From contig CAZETK010000001.1 of the NCBI GenBank assembly GCA_964515195.1, positions 13,126 to 77,125 on the forward strand: 64,000 bases of DNA. Reading direction: 5' to 3'. Under the pieces are notes generated by a model, which saw nothing but the letters and a program-made list of their open reading frames with translations, ran no database searches and had not been told where the DNA came from. Below are positions 54,580-64,000 of the stretch, one piece after another. The DNA is from an uncultured Pseudobdellovibrionaceae bacterium (GTDB taxonomy: Bacteria; Bdellovibrionota; Bdellovibrionia; Bdellovibrionales; Bdellovibrionaceae). Every line of letters begins with the position of its first letter. Position 1 is the first letter of the stretch. Both the position numbers and the translations under genes were made by a program.

Positions 54580-55119
54580 ATGGCGAAAAAAGCCACTGGT
54601 CATAAGAAAGCAGCCGCGACGGCCAAGAAATCTAAAACGACTACTGCCGCCAAAGCGACAAAAAAGGCCACCGGAGCCAAACCCAAGAGTACGGTGAAGA
54701 AAGTGGCCGTTCCCGCTGCTAAAAAGACTAAAAATGCTCCCAAGCCGTCACCCAATCTTGGCTCAAAGATCTCGGCCAAGAAGTCTCCAGCAGTTCTTAA
54801 GCCTCAAAAGTCTCAAAAGGTTGTTGCAGCCAGCGAGGTCAAGACTCCGGCAAAGGCAGCGCAACCAACTGAATCTACAGAGAAAATCAAGATTGACCGC
54901 GAGAACATGACAGACGAGCAAATTCGCTGGGCCGAGTTGTACAATAAGTATCGAGAGATTCAGGCTATGGAATATGACATGAAATCAACTTTTAAAGCCA
55001 GTGCTCCGATTCAGCATAAAATTTTAGGTTGGGGATGGGTGCTCTCGAATGACAATGATCGCCTCGAGGTTCTTTTCCAAGATGGAAAACGAATGCTTAT
55101 CAGCAACTACAGAGGATAA
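54580..55119 (+). CDS. histone H1-like Lys/Ala-rich protein with a globular C-terminal domain
   Basis: ATG 54580 follows GAGGGAGG. The first 110 aa or so are K/A/P/T-rich (AAATAKKSKTTTAAKATKKATGAKPK...). C-terminus GWGWVLSNDNDRLEVLFQDGKRMLISNY. Confidence 0.55.
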   Translation: MAKKATGHKKAAATAKKSKTTTAAKATKKATGAKPKSTVKKVAVPAAKKTKNAPKPSPNLGSKISAKKSPAVLKPQKSQKVVAASEVKTPAKAAQPTESTEKIKIDRENMTDEQIRWAELYNKYREIQAMEYDMKSTFKASAPIQHKILGWGWVLSNDNDRLEVLFQDGKRMLISNYRG

Positions 55120-55163
55120 ATTTGACTGGACTTCACAGGAAAAGTCCTTAAAAGTAAGGGCGC

Positions 55164-55382
55164 ATGGCAAAAGAAGATTTAGCACAAGTTGATGGTAAAG
55201 TTATAGATGCTTTGGCCGGGGGTCTTTATAAGATTCTTCTGGATAATAATGTTGAAATATCCGCAAAGCTTTGCGGCAAGATGCGTCGTTTTAATATACG
55301 TGTAGTCGTAGGGGATCGTGTAACGGTAGGGGTGTCACCCTATGACCCCACTCATGGTCTCATTATGTTCCGTCATAAATGA
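55164..55382 (+). CDS. infA: translation initiation factor IF-1
   Basis: 72 aa. GKVIDALAGGLYKILLDNNVEISAKLCGKMRRFNIRVVVGDRVTVGVSPYD. Confidence 0.9.
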   Translation: MAKEDLAQVDGKVIDALAGGLYKILLDNNVEISAKLCGKMRRFNIRVVVGDRVTVGVSPYDPTHGLIMFRHK

Positions 55383-55417
55383 TCAATTTAAAGCCTTTAC
55401 TTTTACAATGAGGATTT

Positions 55418-57832
55418 ATGGAAGCTCAATTACAGAACTATCTGTCTAGGGCGGTACCAGGCGTTTCTCCAAAGTCTGCAAAGGCAGTGCTTGATTTGGC
55501 TGCCGAGGGAGCCACGGTTCCGTTCATCGCTCGCTATCGGAAAGAAAAAACCGGCAACTTGGATGAAGTCCAAATTCGTCAAGTGATTGAATCACATGAC
55601 ACTTATAATGAAGTTGTTAAGAGAAAAGCGTTTTTGCTGAAAGAGATCGGGGACCAGAACAACTTGACCGAAGAGATCAAGAAGCGGATCGATTTATCCT
55701 GGGATCTCGGCGAGCTGGAAGAAATTTATCGTCCCTTCAAAAAGAAGAAAAAAACAAAAGCCACATTGGCGCGTGAGGCCGGTCTTGAACCCTTCGCCCA
55801 GTGGATTTGGGATTTAGGGCACGGAAAGTTGACCGATACTACGCCGTTTGAAGTGAAGGCAAAGGAGTATTTAAAGCCCGCCAAAGGTATCAATATTTAC
55901 GATGAGGCGATTAAGGGCGCACAGGATATTCTTGTGGAAAAAGTGGCCAACGAACCCGAACTACGCGCTCAAGTTTTGTCTAACTATATGGAGAAGGGCC
56001 GTGTCTTCGCAAAGGCTGCAAAAGGATACAAAGCGAACTCCAAATATGAAATGTACAAAGAGTTCGAAGAGCCCGTTAAATCCTTATTGGAAACCAAAAA
56101 CACCCATCGCTATATGGCTATGCGACGAGGCTGGCAAGAGGAAGAGTTGTCATTGGAAGTTAGAGGCGATGAGGAAGCTCTTTTGAGGAGTTACATTGCA
56201 TTTGCAACGACGACTCCTGACAATCCCATCGGAGCTTTTCTGTCGGCTGTGGCTAAGACGGCCCTGACTGTCTATGTAATCCCTTCCGTAGTAAATGAAG
56301 TGCATCGTACCTTGAAGGAAAAATCCGATCATGATGCCATCCTCGTTTTTGCCGAAAACGTCAAAAAAGTTCTCTTGTCGTCTCCTTATGGAGCAAAGTG
56401 CGTATTGGGTGTTGATCCCGGAATTCGAACTGGTTCGAAGTTGGCCTTGATTGACAAAGCGGGGCGTTTTATTTCCCACACAGTTCTTCATACTGAAGGT
56501 GAGAGTGCTGAGGCGAAAGGTAAGGCTTTGTTTGGCGAAGTGACTAAACAAATCACGATTGAAGCTATCGCCGTCGGCAATGGAACTCACGGGCGCCAAG
56601 TTGAAAGCTTTTTGCGAAAGATCTTAAAAGAACTTAACTTGGATATTCCTGTTGTTATGGTGAACGAATCGGGAGCTTCTGTATATTCGGCCAGTGAAAT
56701 TGCTCGTGAAGAATTCCCAGATTTAGATCTGACCGTTCGAGGCGCCATTTCCATCGCTCGTCGTTTACAAGACCCGTTAGCCGAGCTGGTGAAGGTGGAC
56801 CCTAAATCCATCGGTGGTGGGCAGTATCAACACGATGTGAACCAAGTGAATTTGAAAAAAGCCCTGGATGCCGTTGTTGAATCAGCAGTGAATAATGTGG
56901 GTGTCGATGTGAACACGGCTTCAGCTGCTTTATTAAGTCATGTTTCTGGAATTGGTCCGGCTACAGCAAAGAACATTATTCAATTCCGTCAAGAAAAGGG
57001 CATTTTCAAAGAGCGTGATGAGTTGATGAAGGTTCCGCGGTTTACGACAAAAGTTTTTGAACAAGCGGCCGGCTTTTTGCGAATTCCATCCGGGAAACTT
57101 ATTTTAGACTCTACGGGAATTCACCCTGAGAGATACCAGGCTGTTCGCGATATGGCCCAGGATTTAGGGGTGTCTTTATCGGATCTCATTGGCGAAGGTG
57201 CTAAAAAACTTATCGCCCACAGAACAAAGTGGGCGGCCTTGGTTGGTGAGTTCACGTTTGATGATATTGTAAAAGAACTTGAAAAGCCGGGTCGCGACCC
57301 TCGCGATCCTTTTAAGGTCTTTAAATTCCGTGATGATATTTTTGAGGTCAAAGATTTACAAGAGGGGATGATCTGTCCTGGCATCGTCACCAACGTTACA
57401 AACTTTGGCGCCTTTGTTGATATCGGAGTACATCAAGATGGGCTGGTGCATATTTCTGAAATTTCCCATAAGTTTGTGGATGACCCTCGGAAAGCTGTAA
57501 GTCCGGGTCAGCAAGTTACAGTTAAAGTTTTGAAGGTGGACACGGCAAAGAATCAGATTTCTCTTTCCATGAAATTAGAGGCCGCGCCTGTCGCAGAACC
57601 GCGAGCCCCTCGGCCTCAACGTCAGGACCGTCCAGGTGGACGAAACAATCGACCCGCTCACGGGCAACAAGACGGAAAAAGGCGTGCTGATGGTGGTGGA
57701 AAACCAAGAAGTCATCAACCTCAAAGTGGACGGCGAGATGGGCGTGATGGTCGACCCCAAAGACCAGCGGCTACTCCGTTTAATAATCCATTTGCGGCTC
57801 TGCTGAATGTGAATCAGAATAATAAAAAGTAG
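55418..57832 (+). CDS. tex: Tex-like transcription accessory protein (S1 RNA-binding) with Arg/Gly/Pro-rich C-terminal tail
   Basis: N-terminus TVPFIARYRKEKTGNLDE, YqgF-like and HhH regions, S1 domain GIVTNVTNFGAFVDIGVHQDGLVHISE. Confidence 0.85.
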   Translation: MEAQLQNYLSRAVPGVSPKSAKAVLDLAAEGATVPFIARYRKEKTGNLDEVQIRQVIESHDTYNEVVKRKAFLLKEIGDQNNLTEEIKKRIDLSWDLGELEEIYRPFKKKKKTKATLAREAGLEPFAQWIWDLGHGKLTDTTPFEVKAKEYLKPAKGINIYDEAIKGAQDILVEKVANEPELRAQVLSNYMEKGRVFAKAAKGYKANSKYEMYKEFEEPVKSLLETKNTHRYMAMRRGWQEEELSLEVRGDEEALLRSYIAFATTTPDNPIGAFLSAVAKTALTVYVIPSVVNEVHRTLKEKSDHDAILVFAENVKKVLLSSPYGAKCVLGVDPGIRTGSKLALIDKAGRFISHTVLHTEGESAEAKGKALFGEVTKQITIEAIAVGNGTHGRQVESFLRKILKELNLDIPVVMVNESGASVYSASEIAREEFPDLDLTVRGAISIARRLQDPLAELVKVDPKSIGGGQYQHDVNQVNLKKALDAVVESAVNNVGVDVNTASAALLSHVSGIGPATAKNIIQFRQEKGIFKERDELMKVPRFTTKVFEQAAGFLRIPSGKLILDSTGIHPERYQAVRDMAQDLGVSLSDLIGEGAKKLIAHRTKWAALVGEFTFDDIVKELEKPGRDPRDPFKVFKFRDDIFEVKDLQEGMICPGIVTNVTNFGAFVDIGVHQDGLVHISEISHKFVDDPRKAVSPGQQVTVKVLKVDTAKNQISLSMKLEAAPVAEPRAPRPQRQDRPGGRNNRPAHGQQDGKRRADGGGKPRSHQPQSGRRDGRDGRPQRPAATPFNNPFAALLNVNQNNKK

Positions 57833-57848
57833 TTAACAAGGAGAGACT

Positions 57849-57959
57849 ATGGCAAAGGCCGTTCGTAACAAGAGCATTCGTCACCGTAAGAAGCGTTTAA
57901 GCCAAAAGAAAAAAATGCAGCGTACTAAAAATAAGCGCGCTGGAAAAATGAAGAAATAG
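57849..57959 (+). CDS. 36-aa highly basic peptide (unannotated, below the ORF-track cutoff)
   Basis: AAGGAGAG SD, then ATG 57849. MAKAVRNKSIRHRKKRLSQKKKMQRTKNKRAGKMKK*. 18 of 36 residues are K/R. Confidence 0.45.
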   Translation: MAKAVRNKSIRHRKKRLSQKKKMQRTKNKRAGKMKK

Positions 57960-57981
57960 CGTAATAGTATTTCCTTATAGC

Positions 57982-58021
57982 GAGGTACCAACGCCCCTCG
58001 GGCTGATTTTTGGTTACCTCT
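57982..58021. terminator. stem-loop between convergent genes
   Basis: GAGGTACCAA ... TTGGTTACCTC is an imperfect inverted repeat. It encloses GCCCctcGGGC followed by TGATTTTT. Confidence 0.45.
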
Positions 58022-58793
58022 TCAAACTTAAAATTTTTTGAGTGAGTTCGACAAAGCCCCGGCCGCCTGGGGATGGAGTTACAAAGGCAGGTGGGTTTTT
58101 CAGTTGCGCCAGGTAGGCCTTGATATTGGCAACCCCCACAGATTGGGGGAAAAACTGAAACATAGGTTCATCGTTCGGGGAGTCTCCCGAAAATAAGCAG
58201 GATTTTTTAATCTGGTCATCATTAAGGCCGAACTCAGTTCTGAGTAACTGGCGAAGCATGGTGACTTTGTCATACTGGCCAAACCAGCCGTTTACATGAA
58301 TGGAGCTGACTTTTGCCTGGGCTCCATGGCTTTCAAATATTTGAACAATTTTTTTCACCGCATCTTGAGAAAGAGGTGTGACGTCTTCACAGTAATCAAT
58401 TGCAAGATCCAGGACTCGGCAAAACTGATCACTGGCGACCTGAGCTCCAGGAACTTCTGTCAGAATTTGTTCTTGGATTTGATTGAGCTTTTTTCTATTT
58501 TCTCGAATCTCAGTTTCGTTTGCAAAGAAAGCCCGCCTCATCTCTTTTTGAAAATAACGGAAGTAAAGCCCTCCGTTTTCACCGATCACGCCATCAACTG
58601 GCCAAAAGCGAGCGATCATTTCACACCAACCCGCCGGCCGACCTGTAACTGGAATGATCTTCACTCCAGCGTTTTTTAACTTCCATAGAGCCGAGTAAGC
58701 ATCGGCATGAAGTTGGCCATGCTCTGTCAATGTGTCGTCAATATCTGTTAGAACAAAGTCCGGTGCTTGTGAGAGTTCGCTTACACTTTTCAT
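58014..58793 (-). CDS. HAD-IIB family hydrolase (sugar-phosphate phosphatase-like)
   Basis: Motif I VLTDIDDTL, motif II PVTGRP, motif IV FSGDSPNDEPMF. Confidence 0.75.
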   Translation of the reverse strand: MKSVSELSQAPDFVLTDIDDTLTEHGQLHADAYSALWKLKNAGVKIIPVTGRPAGWCEMIARFWPVDGVIGENGGLYFRYFQKEMRRAFFANETEIRENRKKLNQIQEQILTEVPGAQVASDQFCRVLDLAIDYCEDVTPLSQDAVKKIVQIFESHGAQAKVSSIHVNGWFGQYDKVTMLRQLLRTEFGLNDDQIKKSCLFSGDSPNDEPMFQFFPQSVGVANIKAYLAQLKNPPAFVTPSPGGRGFVELTQKILSLKR

Positions 58794-59000
58794 GCTTTAA
58801 TCTTAAGATCCGTAAGGATCTCTCACAACCTCATTTCTTGGAGTGGAATTCTTTTCGACATTCAATGATCCAGGACCTTGTTAAGTTGAAGTTTTCAGCT
58901 TTGTTTCTGGGTCAACGTCGCGGAAAGTCAAAAAAGACGCTTGCCTAAATGAGAGTCCAAACCCATTTTGTCTATATATTAGTATTCAATTGAGGTTGAA

Positions 59001-61706
59001 GTGACATCTCGAGCAGCATCAAAGTCAGGTTATAAGTTAGTGGTGGTTGAGTCTCCCACGAAGGCAAAAAAAATTCGTTCTCTATTGGGTAAAGACTTCG
59101 TCGTTGAGTCTTGCATGGGGCATATTCGTGACTTGCCCCAGTCCGCTAAAGATATTCCTGAAAAAGTAAAAAAAGAGAAATGGGCTCAATTGGGTGTCAA
59201 TGTCGAAAAAAATTTCGAACCACTCTACTGCGTGCCGAAAGACAAGATCAAGGTCGTTAAAAATTTGCAAGAAAAGATGGAAGGCGCCAAAGAGATTTAT
59301 CTCGCGACGGACTTGGACCGCGAAGGAGAAAGTATCAGCTGGCATTTGCTGGAAGTTTTAAAGCCAGACGTTCCTGTTAAACGTATGGTTTTTAATGAAG
59401 TAACCAAGGATGCTATTTTGAATGCTCTCAAGGATACTCGTGAGATCAACTACAATTTGGTTAAAGCTCAAGAAGCACGACGCATATTGGATCGGCTGGT
59501 GGGTTACACGATCTCCCCCTTGCTGTGGAAGAAAATCGCCTACGGTCTATCGGCAGGACGGGTTCAGTCGGTTGCGGTTCGCTTGATAGTTGAAAAAGAA
59601 CAAGAGCGCTTTAAGTTCAAGAAGTCAACGTATTCGGGCTTGACGGCGAAGTTAGAAAAAGACCGCATTGGTTTTGAAGCTCGACTGATCACTTTGAATC
59701 AGCAAAGGATTGCCTCGGGTAAGGACTTCAATCCAAATACAGGTGATTTGATTGGCGGAAAAGACGTTCTGCTTTTGGATCATGCTAAAGCGCAGGATAT
59801 TCTTAAAAAAATCCAAAGTCTTCCATTTGTTGTGGAAGAGACCGAACAGAAGCCGATTTCGAGAAAGCCGGCCTCGCCTTTTATCACTTCGACATTGCAG
59901 CAAGAGGCCAGCCGAAAACTAGGAATGAGTTCCCGGGAAACCATGCAAGTCGCACAAAAGCTTTATGAACAAGGTTTCATCACTTACATGAGAACGGATT
60001 CGACCTTCTTGTCGAAGGAGGCGATTGAAGCCGCCCGAAAGTGGATCGCTCAAGAATACGGTCAGGACTACTTACCGGCACAGCCCCGATTTTATGAAGC
60101 TAAAAAAGCCAAAGGTGCCCAAGAGGCCCACGAGGCGATTCGTCCTGCAGGAGCCACTTTCGTCCACCCCCAAGAGACAGGCTTGAGTGGAGCTCAGCTG
60201 CGACTTTATGAATTGATCTGGATGCGAACTGTGGCCAGCCAGATGGTAGACTCACGGCAATTGCAGGTATTGGTAAAGATCAAAACCGGTGATGCCGTAT
60301 TTTCCGCGAGTGGAATGACAATCGAATTCCCGGGTTATCTACGAGCGTATGTAGAGGGGCAGGATGATCCCGATGCGGAACTCGCTGAACGAGAGGTTAA
60401 GCTTCCGCCGATGAAAAAGGGAGATCGCCCCGATAAGAAAGCTTTGGAAGTTACAGATCACGAAACGAAGCCACCTGCGCGTTATACAGAGGCTAGTTTA
60501 ATTAGCAAAATGGAAAAGGAGGGGATTGGTCGACCCTCAACGTATGCTTCGATTATGAGTACAATTATTGACCGTGGTTACGTACGAAAACAGGGGACGG
60601 CCCTTGTCCCTACATTCACAGCAGTCGCTGTTTCTAAGCTTTTAAGTCGTCATCTTCCCGAATATGTAGATGTGGGCTTTACCTCCGAGATGGAAGAGTC
60701 ATTGGATACGATCGCCGAAGGCGATTTGGACTGGGTGAAGTTTTTGAGAAACCTTTACAGCGGACCTGAGGGCTTAAAATCTTCTGTGGAAAAACAGGAA
60801 AAGGAAATTGATCCTGAGCAAGCCCGCTCCATTCAACTGGAGGGATTACCTGGCGTGATGTTCCATGTTGGGAAGTATGGCGCTTATTTAACAACCAAGA
60901 AAGATGGCGAGACCATTAACGCCTCCATTCCAGATGCAGAAGCTCCGGCGGATATGACGATGGATACCGTCGAAAAGCTGGTAGAACAAAAACTTCACGG
61001 TCAAGATAGCCTTGGTAAAGATCCTGAGACGAACAAAAGTATTTATGTCCTATCAGGGCGCTACGGCCCCTATGTACAGTTAGGTGAAAATGATGAAGAG
61101 CCAAAAAGAATCAGTTTGCCGCAAGGGCTTGAGCCCGCAGACGTTGATTTGAAAAAAGCTCTTCAGCTTTTGGAGCTTCCAAAAACTTTGGGGCCACATC
61201 CGGCAACGAACAAGGATATCAAGGTAGGAATTGGTCGGTTTGGTCCCTATGTGGTTCATGAAAAGGACTATCGTTCCATTCCAAAAGATCAAAGCCTTTT
61301 TGATATAACCTATGAGCAAGCTATGGCCCTTTTATCGACGCCTAAAAAAGGTCGCGGCGGCCGTACAGCCCTTAAGAGCTTTGGCCCCCATCCCGTATCA
61401 GGTGATGAGATGCAACTATTTAATGGACCTTATGGTCTTTATGTCAAATGTGGCAAAGTGAACGCCTCATTGCCAGAGGGTGAAACTATCGAAAGTTTCA
61501 CCTCTAAAAAGGCGATCGAAGCTTTGCAAGCGAAGATGGGGGCTACGCAGAAAAAGAAAGTCGCTAAAAAGCCCACTGCGGCCCAAAAGGTAAAAGTGAC
61601 AGCTAAATCAAGCTCACCTGGCAAAAAAGCGGCAGGAAAAAAACAAGAAGCTCCTGTGCCTAAGGTGGCTTCGAGGACGTCTCCGGTTAAGCTCCGAAAA
61701 AAGTAA
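59001..61706 (+). CDS. topA: DNA topoisomerase I
   Basis: Toprim LVVVESPTKAKKI..ATDLDREGE. Active-site region ITYMRTDS. C-terminal GRYGPYV / GRFGPYV / GPYGLYV repeats and a Lys-rich tail. GTG start. Confidence 0.9.
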   Translation: MTSRAASKSGYKLVVVESPTKAKKIRSLLGKDFVVESCMGHIRDLPQSAKDIPEKVKKEKWAQLGVNVEKNFEPLYCVPKDKIKVVKNLQEKMEGAKEIYLATDLDREGESISWHLLEVLKPDVPVKRMVFNEVTKDAILNALKDTREINYNLVKAQEARRILDRLVGYTISPLLWKKIAYGLSAGRVQSVAVRLIVEKEQERFKFKKSTYSGLTAKLEKDRIGFEARLITLNQQRIASGKDFNPNTGDLIGGKDVLLLDHAKAQDILKKIQSLPFVVEETEQKPISRKPASPFITSTLQQEASRKLGMSSRETMQVAQKLYEQGFITYMRTDSTFLSKEAIEAARKWIAQEYGQDYLPAQPRFYEAKKAKGAQEAHEAIRPAGATFVHPQETGLSGAQLRLYELIWMRTVASQMVDSRQLQVLVKIKTGDAVFSASGMTIEFPGYLRAYVEGQDDPDAELAEREVKLPPMKKGDRPDKKALEVTDHETKPPARYTEASLISKMEKEGIGRPSTYASIMSTIIDRGYVRKQGTALVPTFTAVAVSKLLSRHLPEYVDVGFTSEMEESLDTIAEGDLDWVKFLRNLYSGPEGLKSSVEKQEKEIDPEQARSIQLEGLPGVMFHVGKYGAYLTTKKDGETINASIPDAEAPADMTMDTVEKLVEQKLHGQDSLGKDPETNKSIYVLSGRYGPYVQLGENDEEPKRISLPQGLEPADVDLKKALQLLELPKTLGPHPATNKDIKVGIGRFGPYVVHEKDYRSIPKDQSLFDITYEQAMALLSTPKKGRGGRTALKSFGPHPVSGDEMQLFNGPYGLYVKCGKVNASLPEGETIESFTSKKAIEALQAKMGATQKKKVAKKPTAAQKVKVTAKSSSPGKKAAGKKQEAPVPKVASRTSPVKLRKK

Positions 61707-61756
61707 TTATTTCAAGGGTGTTTTAATCATGCCCCTCTGTGGTAAAACTAGGGGGT

Positions 61757-62656
61757 ATGTCAGATAAAGCGTTAAAGGGTCAGCTTGAACTTGGCATCGT
61801 TCGGGTTCCCGAAAGAGATCGAAACTATCATCTTGGCGGTCGAAGTTTTTACTTCTTCGACTTTGACGATAATATTGCCTATCTTTCAACGCCCCTTGTG
61901 ATTTTCCATCAAGTGACGGGCGAGGAAGTCTTCCTGTCCAGTGGTGATTGGGCTCTTTTTCACGGTCAAATTGGAAATTCGGGTCTTTATAAAGATTATG
62001 AAATTCGGTTTGATGACAAGACTGGATCTTTTCGTTACTTCCGAGACCACACGGCCGATGAGTTGATGCGGCTAGGGCGAAAAAAGCAGATCTTCGTTGA
62101 AGACGTTGAGGCGGTTCTTGAGCTACCTGATTTGCAGTGGAAGGGCCCATCTTGGGAATGCTTTTATCATGCCGCATTCAATCAACGTCCAGTATCATTG
62201 ATAACGGCTCGAGGTCATGCGCCGGAAACTATCAAGCTTGGGATAGGTGAATTCGTTAAAAGAAAAGTTCTTCCGATTGAGCCGAACTATTTAGGTGTTT
62301 ATCCGGTCAGCCATGTGCCAACACGTGAGCAGTTAGGAGACGCGGATCTAACAGCGTCGACATCAGTTTTAAAACAGAAAGCTATTCGAGCCAGCGTGGA
62401 GAATGCGATTCAGGCGTATGGATACAGTCCACACCATCGCTTCGGTATGAGCGAGGATGATCCCAAAAATATCCAGATGATAGTCGAGGAATTGGCACGT
62501 CTGAAGGCAGATTATCCTGAAATGTCGTTCTTCATGATTGAGACTTATGGTGGCAAATTTGTTAAACACGAAATTTCAAAGACGGGACTGAGTTCCAAGA
62601 GTGCGGAACATTTCGCACAACTGAGCCTGTTTGAAAGATCACCAACCCGCGTCTAA
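61757..62656 (+). CDS. hypothetical protein, HAD-like (DxDxN motif)
   Basis: ATG 61757 follows AGGGGG. FYFFDFDDNIAY (HAD motif I-like) and SLITARG (motif II-like). Confidence 0.45.
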   Translation: MSDKALKGQLELGIVRVPERDRNYHLGGRSFYFFDFDDNIAYLSTPLVIFHQVTGEEVFLSSGDWALFHGQIGNSGLYKDYEIRFDDKTGSFRYFRDHTADELMRLGRKKQIFVEDVEAVLELPDLQWKGPSWECFYHAAFNQRPVSLITARGHAPETIKLGIGEFVKRKVLPIEPNYLGVYPVSHVPTREQLGDADLTASTSVLKQKAIRASVENAIQAYGYSPHHRFGMSEDDPKNIQMIVEELARLKADYPEMSFFMIETYGGKFVKHEISKTGLSSKSAEHFAQLSLFERSPTRV

Positions 62657-62781
62657 CCGGAATATGACAAAGCTTATAAGAAAAGCCGCCCTTAGTCGAG
62701 GCTGATTCCTGTATCAGATTCATAGACACAGGCCCCTGCTACTGCCAAAATAAGAGGGATCCAAGGAAAGGATACTGTGAT

Positions 62782-64000
62782 ATGAATTTTAGCGGAACTC
62801 TATTGGCTATCGTGCTTGCATTTCAATCTTTGGCCTGGGCCCAAGGTCTTTCAAGTTCCAGTCAAATACCACTGCAGTGTCAATTTGTTTACTCTATTGA
62901 ACAGATGTTTCTGGGAAACCATATTAAGCACCAATCCCGCAATAAAGAATTGGAAAAACGCTTGATTGATCAGTATATCAAGCGTCTGGATTCAACTAAA
63001 ATTTATTTTACACAAAGTGATGTCAAAAAAATTCAAAGTTTGATGAAGGGAGCCTTTGATAATATCAAGAAGCGTAAATGTGATTTCCTGAAAGAGGTTC
63101 AAAAGATATATCTGGCAAAAGTCGAGTCCCGTGCCAACTACGCTAAAAACTTTTTAGGAGAGAGTTATAAGCTCGATCAGACTTCACAATTCACTTTTGA
63201 TCCAGATAAGAAAGAATATTATAAAAGCGATAAAGACGCCGAAGACTTTATGAAAAACTATATTCACTTCCAAGTTGCCAATTACGTGTCGACGGACATG
63301 AAGCTCGAGGAGGCGAAAAAAAACGTCATCAAAAATTATGACCGGGCTGTTAAAAGAGTAACTGATACAACACAAGAGGATTTAATCGTTCAATATCTGG
63401 ATAGCTTTGCGCGGGCGTTGGATCCACATTCCAGTTTTCTGTCTCGTGAATTTTTTGAAGAGTTCAACATCAATATGAGTTTATCCCTCGAAGGGATCGG
63501 AGCTACCCTGACCCAGCAAGATGGTTTTACAATCATTGATGCCCTCGTTCCCGGCGGAGCGGCTGCCAAATCGGGGCAGGTCATGATTCAGGATAAAATT
63601 TTGGCTGTCGGTCAGGCTAAGGGGCCCATGGAGAATGTTATCGATATGGACCTTAAGGATGTGGTCAAAAAAATCCGTGGCCCTAAGGGTAGCAAAGTAC
63701 GATTAAGCATCCTGCGCTCCGAAGGTGACGGAAAGCAGCGGAAGGAAGTGACTTTGATTCGCGATAAAGTGAATCTCGAAGATGAAGCGGCCCAATTAGT
63801 TCCTATCGAAAAAGTTATTGATGGAAAAAAGCGGAAGTTTGGAGTGATTAATTTGCCATCGTTTTACAACGATGGAAAGAGGGGCGGACGCTCCAGTGCC
63901 ACAGACGTGAAAAAGCTTGTGAAAGAAGCCCGAGAAAAGAAAATGGAAGGTTTGGTTCTAGATTTTTCTCAGAATGGCGGGGGAAGTCTTGAAGACGCGG
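62782..64000 (+). CDS. prc: carboxy-terminal processing (tail-specific) protease, S41 family; 3' end beyond window
   Basis: Open to the window end, so absent from the ORF track. Signal peptide MNFSGTLLAIVLAFQSLAWA. DSFARALDPHSSFLS, then PDZ region LEGIGATL..DGFTIIDALVPGGAAAKSG and LVLDFSQNGGGSL. Confidence 0.8.
   Translation, partial: MNFSGTLLAIVLAFQSLAWAQGLSSSSQIPLQCQFVYSIEQMFLGNHIKHQSRNKELEKRLIDQYIKRLDSTKIYFTQSDVKKIQSLMKGAFDNIKKRKCDFLKEVQKIYLAKVESRANYAKNFLGESYKLDQTSQFTFDPDKKEYYKSDKDAEDFMKNYIHFQVANYVSTDMKLEEAKKNVIKNYDRAVKRVTDTTQEDLIVQYLDSFARALDPHSSFLSREFFEEFNINMSLSLEGIGATLTQQDGFTIIDALVPGGAAAKSGQVMIQDKILAVGQAKGPMENVIDMDLKDVVKKIRGPKGSKVRLSILRSEGDGKQRKEVTLIRDKVNLEDEAAQLVPIEKVIDGKKRKFGVINLPSFYNDGKRGGRSSATDVKKLVKEAREKKMEGLVLDFSQNGGGSLEDA

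Noticed and set aside
61707-62177. 156-aa minus-strand ORF
   Set aside because: It is antisense to the 61757-62656 ORF, which has an SD and HAD-like motifs. The product is Arg/Pro/Gln-rich, as expected for a shadow frame.

Overview
64-kb bacterial chromosomal window with about 75 protein-coding genes, one tRNA (Pro-UGG, minus strand, 46251-46327), and no rRNA, CRISPR array or intact transposase. Gene content (PilZ fusion, secreted S8 protease, type IV pilin-like protein, lysine-rich small proteins) fits a Bdellovibrio-like deltaproteobacterial lineage, but that is inference only. The window has three sectors. (i) 1-28.8 kb holds mixed envelope, stress and accessory metabolism genes. These include a U32 protein coupled to a chorismate mutase, an S8 protease, a GLUG lipoprotein plus pilin-like gene, and an ArsR-TolC-RND unit with no adaptor gene and an N-terminal frameshift. 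They also include a LamB-like porin, beta-helix and GH35 cluster, a LysR/pirin/YceI cluster and a tryptophanase. (ii) 28.8-46.3 kb is a compositionally mosaic, decaying variable region that abuts the 3' end of tRNA-Pro. It carries at least eleven gene remnants: nitroreductase, TPR regulator, GAF histidine kinase, DHFR-like, GFA, GNAT toxin, tyrosine recombinase, two DISARM-like helicases and small ORFs. Among them are intact cargo genes: a FeeM-like N-acyltransferase fused to PilZ, a G+C-rich PII plus 2x DUF1538 membrane module, a three-gene DUF4258 cassette, and a histidine kinase plus DUF305 pair bracketed by a split direct repeat. (iii) 46.4-64 kb is housekeeping: rpsR, rpmB, an L24-like gene, ETF-QO, a THUMP methyltransferase, lpxD, infA, tex, topA and prc. 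I see no complete known defence system. The most novel-looking items are the FeeM-PilZ fusion, the PII/DUF1538 module, the translationally coupled DUF4258 triplet inside a wrecked DISARM-like island, and helically phased GCTACC motif arrays next to the tRNA and next to the integrase remnant. All family assignments come from reading motifs by eye; no database search was run.
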